Assembly (NCBI RefSeq): GCF_964355755.1
Contig: NC_092670.1
Location: 31,980,388 to 32,044,387, forward strand
Reading direction: 5' to 3'
DNA from: Antedon mediterranea
Taxonomy: Eukaryota; Animalia; Echinodermata
DNA: 64,000 nt
The notes under the pieces: generated by a model
What the model was told of the DNA's origin: nothing
What the model saw: only the letters and a program-made list of their open reading frames with translations
The model's database searches: none
In this document: positions 12,266-23,843 of the stretch, piece after piece
Layout: each line of letters opens with the position of its first letter
How positions within the stretch are numbered: position 1 is the first letter of the stretch
Made by a program: the position numbers and the translations under genes

Positions 12266-12724
12266 GAGAAATCCCTCTCAATTAATTTTTCATTACCTCT
12301 TTTCAGAATGTACAGTTTTTTCCTCATTTACCTGTACTTTCATTTGCTCAATTGCTTTGTTCCTTCTCGTTCCTTTGTGGCAATGTTTTCTATGGAAATC
12401 CACTCTTCAACAATTTTATACGTAATTGAGTGTACAAATAGTACTTTGTATTTGTATTTTCTATTTTGAAGTATTTTGTTTAAACTCTGCCCTTTAAAAA
12501 AAATTTCTTTTTTGATTTATTTTTCTTTTCTTACTGATATTTTAAAATGTTATTATCACTTCTTGATAGTATATCGTTCATGCGTTATTTTTGTGGTTGT
12601 TTGTTTTGCTCTTTTTCAAATTTTGTTGACACGCTTTGCATATCGCCATATGTCTTTTGGTCTGTTGATTTAGTAAAAAGCAACTTCTAATCGGTCTCAA
12701 TGCTTTGCTTAAAATATTTGATTT

Positions 12725-12865
12725 CCATCCTAATACATTTCAAAGGGTCTTTTTTAAACCCAACTCTTCTTTACACTCTTCATTTAAAATTCTGTTGTAA
12801 TCTGGTAAGTGAGCAACCCAGTTTATACCTTGCTTTCCCAACACCATGCGATCATACAACATTAC
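12725..12865 (-). pseudogene. Integrase-core fragment (Ginger/Gypsy-like)
   Basis: YDRMVLGKQGINWVAHLPDYNRILNEECKEELG followed, after a frameshift, by PFEMY; resembles the W...LP.....N......G.SPFE..YG end of rve integrases. Confidence 0.55.
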
Positions 12866-15329
12866 TACTACTATAAATGAAATTGCCATTGTGGAGGATT
12901 TTCTTAAATGCTTGCTATTAGGCTTTGAATTACTTTTGGACGCATTAGTTGTATTTTTGACCGATTGAAGTCTGGACAGTTCCTCTGAAAATGACTTGGT
13001 CATTCAAACACTTAACAATTTCAGATTGATGTATTGGTTCGCAACATTTCTGTGAAGAGTTTGTGGAAGTGGATGAGAATTCCTACTTTATGAAATAATG
13101 TGTAGGAGATTGCTTCTATACCTGGGTAGGATTCTAGAAACATTATTTCTCTCTAAGAAAGCGTTAAACCCTTTCACCGTTGCCATTTTTATAACAAGGT
13201 TTACTCACTTGAACAATAATATTTGCAGCTATGCAATCATTCCCAAAAAATTTGGCTTGTTCTAGTTTGAGTGTATTCCTGGTTACTGAATCTGTGACAA
13301 TTTAATTCATTGAGAGTTTTACAATGATATTGATATAGTGAATGCATCATGCATCGGTCCTTTCATTTTATATCTGACCCATGAATAGCTGCTGCAATTT
13401 GTGAGAATATTCCTTCATTCTAAATTTCTCAACATTGTTCTGCAAAATTATAAAAGAAAAACAGTGTTTCATAAATATTATGTATGCTTCAGTTGGCCGC
13501 TGTGCTTCAGTTGGTTGTTGTGCTTTAGTTGGTTGTTTGTGCTTCAGTTGGCAGGTTATGAACAGTGGCAAGTTGTTCTGCCACTACCTTGGACAAAAGC
13601 ATCTTCAGTTTTTTCCTCATTTTCCTTCTCGTTCCTTTGTGGCAATGTTTTCTATGGAAATCCACTCTTCAACAATTTTATACGTTGTTGGATGTACATA
13701 GTAATTTGTATTTTCCATTTTGAAGTATTTTGTTTAAACTCTGCCCTTTAAAACAAATTTCTTATTTGATTTTATTTTTCTTTCCTTACTGATATTTTCA
13801 AATTTATTATCACTTCTTGATAGTTCATGCATTATTTTTGTGGTTGCTTGTTTTGCTCTTTTTCAAATTTTGTCGAAGACATGTCGAAGTGAGCAACCCA
13901 TGCTTTCCAACACCATGGGATCATACAACATTACTACTACTATAAATGAAATTGCCATTGTGGAGGGTTTTCATTTAAATGCTTGCTAGTATTAGGCTTT
14001 AAATTACTTTAGGACGCATTAGTTTTATTGTTTGACCAAGTTCTGGACAGTTCCTACAAAAATGACTTGGTTTGTTGCAATTAAACACAATTTCAGATTG
14101 TTGCTGTTGCAAGCCCCTTCTTTACAGTCACCTCAGATACTGTGACTTTACTAGGTACCTCTAATTCAGCGTCAGCTTGACATTACTACTGTACTACTAT
14201 AACTTGCCATGTGATGTACAGCATGCAATTCTGCTACTTACGAGTATAACATACAGATTGTACAAACACAAATGATATCCAATGTCTTACTCTATCAACA
14301 TTATTAACTTTTAAAAAAGGTGTAATTTCAGTTTTTATTAAATTTATTTTATTAAAATTAAAAATTTTTTATTTCCTGTATAATTATTCCTCAAGAGCAG
14401 GTGTATATAGTTGAAAGGTTTTTGATGTAATATTGCCATAAAGCCAAGTGTGGACATTTGTCAACAGACAACAAAGTAAATAAATCTTCCCAACTGCACT
14501 CGGGTCTATTTTCTTTGAAGTTTTTAAGTTTTCTTAAAATCTACTCATTTCCAGTTTTCTTACAATATCTCTGAACGGCCATTCAACAGATACTCTAACC
14601 TGGCTCATACATCTGTTGTAATCAACTTGAGCTTGCGTCAAGTTTCCTGTAAAAGGAGCCTGTAATGGACCTCCATATTTGTGATGAGTCAATGTGTCAA
14701 CTTACTGGAATTTTAAAGAATGAAACGCTTATGACCATATAGTTTATATAGTATATAGACCATTGGTTTTCTCTAGGCCTACAAATTGGCCAAACTGTCC
14801 AATCCACAAAACCCCAAAAGTGCAGCACCAGAACTGTATATTGCAGCAGAAAAACATTCCATATTGCTTGGAGATTGCCACTTATTATAGCATCATTTAT
14901 CCAATTGGACCCTTTGAGTATTTTCTGGTCTCTTTTACCAATGCCTTTGACAGGTTTAGCCAATCATCCTCAGCATGTTAACCTTTCGATAGCAATTTTG
15001 CTTGTTCTGTGCAAAGCCTAATGCATAACAAACAGATAGCCGAATCATGTGAATTTATAGTGTATCATGGGGCATAGTCATTTTCAAATAAGAATGCGAT
15101 AAAATTACAAAGACGGGTAGGGAGAAGCGGTAGATTATTTTTACCTACTGACCACCTATTTAACAATTCCCGACTTCGAGCTTAAACTTTACGAGATAAA
15201 GTTGACAAGGACGATTTGATTAAATTACTGGCTCTCTGTGACAGGTCAAAATATATTATCATCCTTCAATGTTGAAGGTCCTATAAATGGAAAAGAGGTA
15301 AAAAACATCTATAAAGGGCTAAACTAAAT

Positions 15330-15830
15330 ATAAACATACGAGGAGGGTACAATAGTTGGACATTTTTCTACATGTTTAAAAGTCCTCAAGGCTTTATCGA
15401 TTTTAAAACGCGATAGTCAATCTGTCAGGACATTTTTTACCCCCTGAATATGTTGCTCTCTGAAATTAATGTTATGGTTGAGACAGCAGAGAATTAATCG
15501 CCTGAGGAGAATACTATCCTTAGCTGCTATATTATCGAACTGGAATAAAATATATTTATTTGATAGGTGTCCCCACAATTCGAGTGCTAACACCTGGGAA
15601 CATTTCTTTCGCGGCAATTGAATGAGATGTTCCATATGAATTGGCCAACGTATCGCGAACCATTTGAGAACTCCTGCGCATCCAATTTAGGCCGCGGCAG
15701 CAGTAAATAATGTAAGGGTTGTTGAAGGTAATCAAATTTCTTCCAGTATCATGGCTTTCCCATTAAAGTTATTCGCGAATTCGAACCAATTGTTTAAATC
15801 CTATCTGTAGTTAAAGTCTTTTTTTCAGCC
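15330..15830 (-). pseudogene. DIRS-type retrotransposon RNase H fragment
   Basis: ORF 15417-15635 LALELWGHLSNKYILFQFDN...LLRRLILCCLNHNINFREQHIQGVKNVLTD*LSRF matches the WG...CDN...HIPG..N..AD.LSR motif. Confidence 0.75.
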
Positions 15831-16019
15831 TATGTTGATCAACTCCTCGATGCTGTTCTGAAAGAGATAAATTCGGGAACTGGCAGAGATGCCAGCAATT
15901 TCCGCCACTTCAGCAGGCAGTCTTATGGCAAAAACGGAGGCCGTTGGGAAAATGAGAAAATAACTATTAATACACTGAATTGTGGTAATGGAATTTATTG
16001 GATTATTTGTAACTAACAT

Positions 16020-16230
16020 TTCACATATGTCTTGTTTTTTATTTGTGTTGACAAATTTCCCGGTCTTACCCACGCTGTAAATATCAATAATCATATGAAC
16101 CATAGCTGGAGTAAAGAACCGTCTATAATATGCATATGGCGTATTAACATCCACAATATCTGGATAAGTTGGCCCTGCAAATGTCTTATGTTTCAAATCG
16201 TTTCTTTTGTTATTTTGTTTTTTTGTTTCC
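16020..16230 (-). pseudogene. piggyBac transposase N-terminal fragment
   Basis: TPYAYYRRFFTPAMVHMII..YSVGKTG..VNT matches the start of the DDE_Tnp_1_7 region (TP..YF..FF...M...I....N.YS). Confidence 0.6.
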
Positions 16231-17748
16231 CACCTTCTTGTTTGGCCCAGCAAAATTTCTAAAAGGTTGAACTTTTGTCAGTCGACTCGCAGCTATTAAG
16301 TTTTTCTTTGCTTTTTTTGTTTTACAACCTTCTTTTTTGGCCCAGCAAAATTTACTAAAGCTGAACTATAGTGAACTATAATATCTCTATGATCATCCTC
16401 ACTGTTGCCAGGCAGCTAACTACCAATTTTCAAAGTCTGTTGCCCACTGAGGGGTGAATCAAGTTCCCACGAGATGTTCGCATAGTCTTTAGGTTTAAAG
16501 TCTTAAAAGCTAACTCCATCTTTCTCATTTTTTTTTTTATTTCGAGCTTACTGTTTCAGCATCAAGCGCCTCTGTATTTCTTTCTTTGTTGACTTTCTTT
16601 GAATTTAACGTTGAGCCCTAGCTATACTGATGGATGTACTGATCATATTTGTTCTTTTGGTCAAAAGCCATGTTTTCAAGGTACGTTTTCAAGACACTTC
16701 TTGCTGGCTCTGATACCACATGATAGGTAATCCATTGTGGCATTTGATTTACTATGGTGACGGGCAGAGAACATGCTAACAATTAGTTCCGCATCAATGT
16801 TGTGTTTTAAGGCTGACTGGGTATCTGCTTTGAGCTTGTCGACAACATCAAACTCAAAGTATCTCTAGTATTGACGTTGTAAAACATCATTTGGTCTATT
16901 TATGTAGCTTTTCATCATTTCTTTGAACAACTGAACTGGACGATGTTGGAGACTGTTAATTAGAGGGTTGTCGAGTTGAATTTTGAGAAGCGAAGAAGTC
17001 TTCTTTGGTTGCCAGTGTCTCTTATCACGCTGCAATGTAGCATCGAGGAGGTTGACATGGTTGTTGCTACCAACATAACACAAAGTCATCCATGAACCCG
17101 TCTACAACTTTTCGATGAAGCCAAATACTTTTATTTCCTTTTTTTGCTACAGAAGAACCAAAATCATGAGCAAGTGCATTAATTAATTGGGCACTGCCAA
17201 TACTTTTGTTGTTGGGTGAAAAAGTCATCCTGGTATGTCTCATCTCACAAATGTGGAAACATATCCTTTTGGTAGGTTGGCCTTTTCCAGTAATCAGCTT
17301 TAATGTGGTGTAGTACTGCAAACTCTTCAAACAATATCACTATATCAATAATTAAAACAGCATGCAATGCAATGTATGAACAATCTAAAACTGAATAATA
17401 ATGATTATATTTCCTAGAGGACTATCTTATTTTCTTCAGTGTATCTTCTGCCTCTGGTTCATTTATCAGTAGGTGTTTCTGTTAAAAGGAAATATTCCAC
17501 ACTTGCAGAAACTATTTGTGATGTTTATAGGCGTATTTGCCTTAGAAAGTGCCTCTTTTACCACACCTGGTATATTTGTTTATCCGCAATTCACTGATTT
17601 GGTCCAAAATCCACGTCCTGTTAAGGGAAAGAACCAAGTCGTCTGAACTTGTAGAAGAATTCATTATGAATGTTATAATTAACGGAGAATGAGATACAAT
17701 TAAAATAAAAATAAAAATTTAAATTATAAAAAAAATCAGAGCTACAAC

Positions 17749-18542
17749 TTACAAATCCAAAATGTTCCCATAGTCTTTAACAAATTTAACAACAAGGTTG
17801 TAACCCCGGTGAACTAGTCGCTTCTTGAAAGACCTAGTGTATGTAACTAAGGGGTTACGTTCATATAAACTGAATGTTAAAGTTTCTAAGTTAATTTTGG
17901 CATGATCGCCTGCCTCATTTGAAATTCGAAAATTCCAATCTTGGCCGAGAAGTTCAGTAATGAGCTCTTTGTTAGAAATTCGGAAACAAGATGATGTTTC
18001 TTCTAATGCAGCTTTGTGACAGAAATCTTCAAAAACTTCTTTTTGTGTCGGAATTGCAAAATTGATTTGGGAATCGGTTCTTCTTGCAATACTCAACTGC
18101 TCCTGAATCTGAGGAACAATAATTTAATGAACGTTTTTTTAATTTCCATTATTTTTTCATAATAAATATACAGAATGCAATTAAATAATAATACAGTCTG
18201 TAGAATATCAATTATTAAAATAAATTCTCCATTATTTAATTATAATAGTATCTACAGTACCTGAATGTACAACTGTCTAGTAAAATGACTAAATGCATCA
18301 GCATTTTCTACTGCATCTGGCACGTCCACAACACTTTCATTTGAAATCCACTGGTCATAGGAATTTATTGGCCAGCCTATCCAATGGACTTTAACTTGAT
18401 CACCACTTTCTTCGATCACTTCATATCGCCATAGCTTTGATGTAGACCACCTTTTTGTTGTTGATTTAGAAGATGTTGATTTACTTTGTGATCCCTCGTG
18501 TAGCCGAAGGTAGTTGATGGTTTTCTTCTGTCGGAGATTCAT
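17749..18542 (-). CDS. Two-exon gene, about 213 aa, with N-terminal chromo-barrel/Tudor-knot-like domain and uncharacterised C-terminal domain
   Basis: Exon 1 18542-18261 (ATG to CAG|gt, 94 codons) contains VIEESGDQVKVHWIGWPINSYDQWIS; exon 2 18108-17749 follows a pyrimidine-rich ag acceptor, is in frame and ends in TAA; no internal stops. Confidence 0.7.
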
Positions 18543-18899
18543 TTCTATATGAAATAAAAAACCACTACTACAGTAAGACCAAATAATACTTGTTTAACTA
18601 TAGAAGAGGCCTATAGTTAATTTTTTATTTGTACGTATATAGCCAATACTAGATATATAATGAGCATTCAAATTAATACTATTACGGTGTGTATATATGT
18701 ATAATCACTGTTAAATAGTCCCTTAGATATATTAATTCTAACTTTACTAAGAAGAAACATAATTATTGCCTACTTATGTTCATTATATTTCCCTTTGATA
18801 AAATGGAATAACCCGCTGCCAATCCAGCCTAGCCTAGCCTATGTTAGACAATGGCCGATGCGAAATTTTTGTATACACTTTTTTGGATTAGTGCACCAA

Positions 18900-19630
18900 A
18901 GGAATCCATATGATCCTAAAAAATGTCAGTATGTTAATAAAGCCAAGATCCTAGGTGGGTTATTTCAAGACAACCTTAAATGGGATTTCCATATTGATAA
19001 TACAATCACTAAAGCTACTAGGAAACTCTTTCTTTTACAATCTTTTAAAATGATTCGGTTTTAACATTGTAGAGCTTAAAATTACTTTTTGTGGGTATAT
19101 CAGGCCAGTTATGGAGTATGCTGATGTAGTATGGCATTCTGGCGTGACTAATAGATTAACTGATTGTATTGAAAATGTGCAAAAGTGGGTTGCCAAATTA
19201 TTTTTGGTAACTCTTCCTGCTTGTTAAAACTTAAAACATTGGCGTAGAGCATTGTTGGAAGTTCGCTGAGGGTCTTTACAAAATTAATCAGATTTGCTTT
19301 TAGTCCTATACCTTTTTTTATCAAATTATTAAATTCTTAATTTTACCCATTTTATCCTCAATGCCAACTTCCAACAATGCACTGGCATTTTTTAACTTTT
19401 TATGTGTTTTTGCTTGATTGTTTTTTCCCTTTTTAATGCTATTTTTATTCTTACACTTTTTAATGTATTTTTTGACATGTTATTACATGCAATATAACCA
19501 TTTGACCAAGATATGTAAATTATTCAGTATTTTGAAATAAAGAAAATATATATTATTATTGTTATGGTTTATTATTGGTATTATTAGCCTATTGTTCGCC
19601 GTTGTCATCATTGATGTTATTATTGCTATT
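18900..19630 (+). mobile_element. 5'-truncated, decayed non-LTR retrotransposon (L2/CR1-group RT C-terminus plus 3' tail)
   Basis: KILGGLFQDNLKWDFHIDNTITKATRKLFLL...GYIRPVMEYADVVWHSG...IENVQK; aaataaa and (tat)n-like tail near 19535-19630. Confidence 0.75.
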
Positions 19631-19644
19631 TCTACTTCCTAAAT

Positions 19645-20066
19645 ATTTTATTTTTTGACATAGTGGATATGCAGAATCACATAATGTTATTTGCGCATGT
19701 TAACTCAATACATTTTTTTAAACAGTTAATGTTTGACCATTTTTTTTTAAGAAGTCCCTGTACTATAGTACAGGAAAATTTTCGAAAAGTGGCCACATTT
19801 CGACCATTTTATTTTTTGACATAATGGCGTGTGTAGAATCACATAATGTGGTCTGCGCAAGTTACCTCAATACATTTTTTAAACGGTCAATATTTGGCCA
19901 TTCTTTGAACAGGTGCCTGTACAGTACAGCGAAATTTTCAAAAATGGCCAAATTTCGACCCTTTTATTTCATGACATGCACAGATTCCACATACTGTAAT
20001 GTTTATTGCATTCAAAAGAGCGGCAATATCGTTTCTATATGTGCCCAATTTTCTGCGAAAATGTAA
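19645..20066. repeat. Degenerate ~160-bp direct repeats (2-3 units), resembling a DNA-transposon subterminal region
   Basis: tttattttttgacata..gaatcacataatg..gcgca.gtta.ctcaatacatttttt recurs at ~19647 and ~19808, with a partial unit near 19960. Confidence 0.5.
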
Positions 20067-20204
20067 TATAATTCTTGCTCAGACAATTAGTAAATTAAAC
20101 TAAAATGAAAAGAAATTGGATCAATTAATATGGATTCCAGATATGTTGGCTAACCAGCATAAATTTTACTGAGATTAATGTTGGTCATTGTCACCTGGTT
20201 TAAT

Positions 20205-20427
20205 CTCATCACTCTACACTAATCCAGTTCAGTTCCATTGCACATGTTCAGATGTTGTTAACCATATATTCTGGTTATGTATTGTATTGTTAGTTTAATC
20301 TAGTCAAACTACACTAATCCAGTTCAGTTCAATTCCACATGTTCAGATGTTGTTAACCATATATTCTGGTTATGTATTGTATTGTTAGTTTAATCTAGTC
20401 AATCTACACTAATCCAGTTCAGATGTT
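20205..20427. repeat. 95-bp tandem repeat, about 2.3 copies
   Basis: ctacactaatccagttcag at 20214, 20309 and 20404. Confidence 0.9.
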
Positions 20428-20838
20428 AATCATACTCATAAAACATTCCAATCTTTTCTTTTCAGAGTGATTTTCTTTGATAACACAGTAGCATTAAACA
20501 TCACTAATGAAAACAGTAAACTGTATTACATCATAACACATTTATACTGGCTGTGTGTAGTGTGTGTACGCATATATTAAGGACACTTAAACTTCTATTT
20601 TTCCCTTTTTTTTAAAGGAGTTATACTTTTGCTTCGGTCATACAGCTTAACTTTTAAGTATAGCTTAATCAAATCTCAAATGCTGAATTCATATTTACAT
20701 TGATAAATTCAAGATTGTATATCTTTATTTTAATTTCTTTAAATGCTTTATAAAATTAAACAACTGAAATGCACTTGAGAATTAAATGTTGGGTGCAAAC
20801 AAACTATCAATCAGCTTTAATTGTGGTTTTGATTATTT

Positions 20839-21125
20839 TACAGTAGAATCCCTATTAAAGGGCACCTCCTATTAAAGGAACACATGAAATGAATCAAGAG
20901 GAATATACATTAACATTAAGACCATTGTTAGGGACCAATGGCCATATTCACACTTTAGCTAAAAAACCTTAAAATTTTAAAAATCTTATTTAATACAATT
21001 TAAGGGAAATACTTATTATTTAAGGTAAATATGGCCACAGCTTCCCATGAAAAAAACCAATGAGCAATATATTAGGGGCAAAATATGTGGGGTAAAAGGT
21101 GTCCCCTTAATAGGGGTTCAACTAT
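20839..21125. mobile_element. Tc1/mariner-like MITE (ta|cagt..aacccctattaagggga family) with a nested ggccatattca..aatatggcc palindromic insert; relatives at ~22945-23053, 24334-24523, 40055-40200 and 55395-55437
   Basis: Imperfect TIRs cagtagaatccctatta / taataggggttcaact with TA flanks; shared aaaagtgtccccttaatag core. Confidence 0.6.
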
Positions 21126-23843
21126 ATTAGTGTTAGCACTTGTATCCAGTTACAGTATATCCTGGATGGGAAGGCAAAATGGTTGGTCAACGCTAAGACA
21201 AACAAGTCCAATAAACTAGATTATTTACATCATATACAGAAAGATTCACTGTTTAGCTTCAAACACAAAGCACAGTACACAATATTGTATCCTTCAGGAG
21301 GATACAATAAATTGAAACCCAGCGCTAATTGTTTACTTAAACTAAAGAACTGTCAGTTTAGTTAATATCAAATATTAACTACATTAAAATGATTAATCTT
21401 TTTCAACCAATAAGAAACTAGTTTGGCCCTGGTACCCAAGATTCCATTAATTTAAATTACAAACAATATCTCATATAAATAAAAGTGAAAGGGCACTTTA
21501 AATCAGCACACAAACATTGACAATTACTGAGATACTTTACATTGCTTAATTACATAATATAGTACAACATCTGATTAGTTAACAACGTATCACTAGCCAT
21601 TCAGTAAAGTTCTATTGAAGGGAAAAGTGAAATTTAACAGAATAAATGATGTTCAATAAATGTAGTTTTTTGGTTACAAACATATTTGAATATTCTAGGG
21701 ATTGCTGACTGATCCGGACTTGAAAATCAACCTAAAGAGTGTGCTGTCCCTAACTGAGTGTTGCCTTTTTACATGGCTTAGATTCCAGGCCTTTCACACT
21801 GATTAAATATGGAAGTACCAGATTAAATGAATATAAGTTTACTTTAAACAGTACGTGTGTAATAAACTAAATAATTAATGCCTTTTACATTATAGAAAAT
21901 ATTTCATTTACTGAAAGGCTCCAACTCACTGAAATATTCTCCCCATTCAACTTCATTAGTTGACAATAAATAAAATATTAAACATTCTAAAATACAGTGT
22001 TGAAATTAATTTAACTATCCTAAATTATAAATTTTTTTTACAAAATGAAATTAATTGACAATATAAAACAATTGGAAACACAGGGTTCATACATTAAATA
22101 GGGACCTTGGGCTGCTCTTGACCTAACCTGCTCAGTAATTATTATAAAACAAACATCTTGGTCTTTCTTTCTCTTGGAGTAGCTTTACAACTTACATAAG
22201 CCATGCCAGGCGTACGCTGCAAGTGTAAACACACCCTTAGTTAATTTGGGATAGTTAGTAATACACAGATATTTTGAAGGCTCTCGGTTTTCAATTGATT
22301 TATCGATCTAGTTTATTTAAGAAAATAAGTCATACATAATGGGGGAAAAAGACAAAAACCATCTATAATTTTATGTCTATACAGTATTATGAAAGTAATA
22401 GAGTATATGATGATAATTTTATAGTGATATGAAATTAACGCAAGATGCCTGGCAGTATGAGCAACAAATACATTCACACACAAACTTAGGCAACAATAAA
22501 ACCTCAACATTATTCTTATTACACCTGAAGACAAATAAAAAACCTCTGCAGCTTACAGTCGAAAATCGTATTTTACATCGATACCACCAACAAAAATATT
22601 CTGTACAAGAAATCTGTATAATTTTCCTTTGCGCTTTGTACATAATTCCAAGTGTTCACGCGAAATTTACAATGTGAACTCGTCTGCAACCCTTTAAACA
22701 AGAATAAGCTGACTAGATCATTTAGTTGCTCACTTGATACTTTCTGAAGTTGTTTTCATTTTCGTTTCATCTGTAAAGCATTTGATATATATTGTTTCTG
22801 GTTATGTACTGTTGTTACCTCAGCCATCTCCAGCAGCATTCTAATAATCTATAAAAACATAAAGGTTTTTATTTTAAATATAGAGTGTAAAATGCATCTA
22901 AAAAAAAAAAAAAAAACCTGCATTCAAAGGGGAAGATAAACATCTATTCCTATTAAGGGGACACAAGTTCTGTTAAAAGAATGAGGGAAAATATATGTTT
23001 TAACACTATGGTCGACTGCTATTTAGGTGACACCCTTAATAGAGGTTACTGTAGTACTCAAACAAACTAAACAAGGATATTAAAAATAAACAGTGATAAC
23101 GCAATGTTATTTTACACATTAAGGGAACATGCCTTCTAAGGAGATATTTTTCTGTGAATTTAGCAAGCGACAATATTGTTTTAACTACTATCAATACCTA
23201 ATTAAGAAAACACATTGTTAATAATGATTCTACTGTGAGATAGTAATGTTTATGTAAAAATAATTAGCTCTGACTGGAGTACATACATGTAGAAAAAAGG
23301 GTCTGGAAAGGGTTTGGAATTCAGTAGAAAGATGCTTCCTTTCCAAATGTATTTAGGTATTTTATTTGGGTGTATTTAGAGGGATAATACATTATCACTG
23401 GAATGGAGCTTATAACTGGAGACAACAGCTAGGTTAAAAAGTACATATAAGGTCTTGCATAAAGGAAGGGGAATAGTTGTGGAAATGCTTGAAATAAATG
23501 GAAAGCCAGTGAAGTTGGAAAAGGTTGGAAAGTTAAATAATTAACTGTAAGTCAACTTTAGTCTGATTCCTGGATGGATTAATGACACCACCAGTTGATG
23601 CTGAAAACTTATTTGGATTAAAATAGTGGCACTTAAAATGTTTCTAAAGCCTTGTCTACACTATTAAACTTTATGTGACAAAAATGTGATCATATATGGA
23701 CATGATGATGTCATATCACTAGAATTTTTTAGTATATCACTACCATATTTGGGCACATAACATCTTTTTTTGTCAAACTAGTTTGATAGTGTAGATATAG
23801 CTTAAGACAAACCTTCAATAAATCATTCAATAGATGTAATATT

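Noticed and set aside
12590-12700. Possible BED zinc-finger fragment (AICKACQQNL, minus strand)
   Set aside because: Only the CxxC half is visible; insufficient support.
14697-14963. Possible Ulp1/SENP-like fragment (ILKGSNWINDAII)
   Set aside because: The match is too short and the rest of the ORF is from other modules; not annotated, though it would fit the minus-strand mosaic.
16540-17330. ORFs 16865-17089 and 17067-17330 as a gene
   Set aside because: Coding-like composition but interrupted and with no motif I can recognise; probably another decayed TE fragment.
23647-23803. MITE hairpin inside the mature CREB 3' UTR
   Set aside because: A donor at 23813 and acceptor at 22848 suggest the MITE is intronic; unresolved without RNA data.
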